Source of the DNA: Macrostomum hystrix
Taxonomy: Eukaryota > Animalia > Platyhelminthes
Length of the DNA stretch: 64,000 nt
Assembly (NCBI GenBank): GCA_950097015.1
Contig: CATNEN010000002.1
Coordinates: 8,928,001 to 8,992,000 of the forward strand
Direction of reading: 5' to 3'
In this document: positions 63,728 through 64,000 of the stretch, piece after piece
Layout of the letters: every line of letters starts with the position of its first letter
Position numbering within the stretch: the stretch's first letter is position 1
Notes under the pieces: model-generated
The model's input: the letters and a program-made list of their open reading frames with translations, nothing else
Told to the model about the DNA's origin: nothing
The model's database searches: none
Translations under genes and position numbers: made by a program

Positions 63728-64000
63728 GATGACTAGCTAGCCAGTTAAAATAATTGGTCCAAGACTTATATAGAAATCTTTTTGTTGATCAACTAGCTAC
63801 TGCCTTGGAAGAACACTCAAGGTGTAACAAATAGGCTAGTTAATTAATTTACTAGGTTAGCTAGTTAGTTGCTGCTAGGCTGCTTAGCACAGTTATTTAG
63901 TTTATAATAAAACTGTTTATATAAACACAACAAATTACATTCCAGTGTTCTAAATATTAGGACAAAATAGCTTTAGTAGGTGCCTAACAAAGCCTAGCCT

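Overview
Eukaryotic (invertebrate animal) genomic DNA with spliced genes: GC-rich exons containing CAG runs, and AT-rich introns crowded with minisatellites. The style resembles the flatworm Macrostomum, but this cannot be verified from the sequence alone. From left to right the window holds: a frameshifted MULE/Mutator transposase gene (FAR1-type DNA-binding domain, MULE, SWIM, PHD) with related terminal motifs; a TA-flanked MITE; an internally deleted Helitron with a nested hAT MITE; a 6.7-kb 88-bp satellite; eIF2A; RPL27A; an Olig/BHLHE22-type bHLH gene; and an S10 serine carboxypeptidase. Next is an ~18-kb block bracketed by ~1.3-kb inverted repeats. It contains a frameshifted STING-domain copy, a decayed P-element transposase, and a 7-exon gene whose splice phases all match. 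That gene encodes an ~812-aa soluble protein with the architecture TIR-like / STING / TIR-like / STING, and it is the main candidate novel system. The block is followed by a 5-exon secreted acetylcholine-binding-protein-like gene and CoREST (RCOR). All domain calls were made by eye against remembered family motifs; no searches were run.
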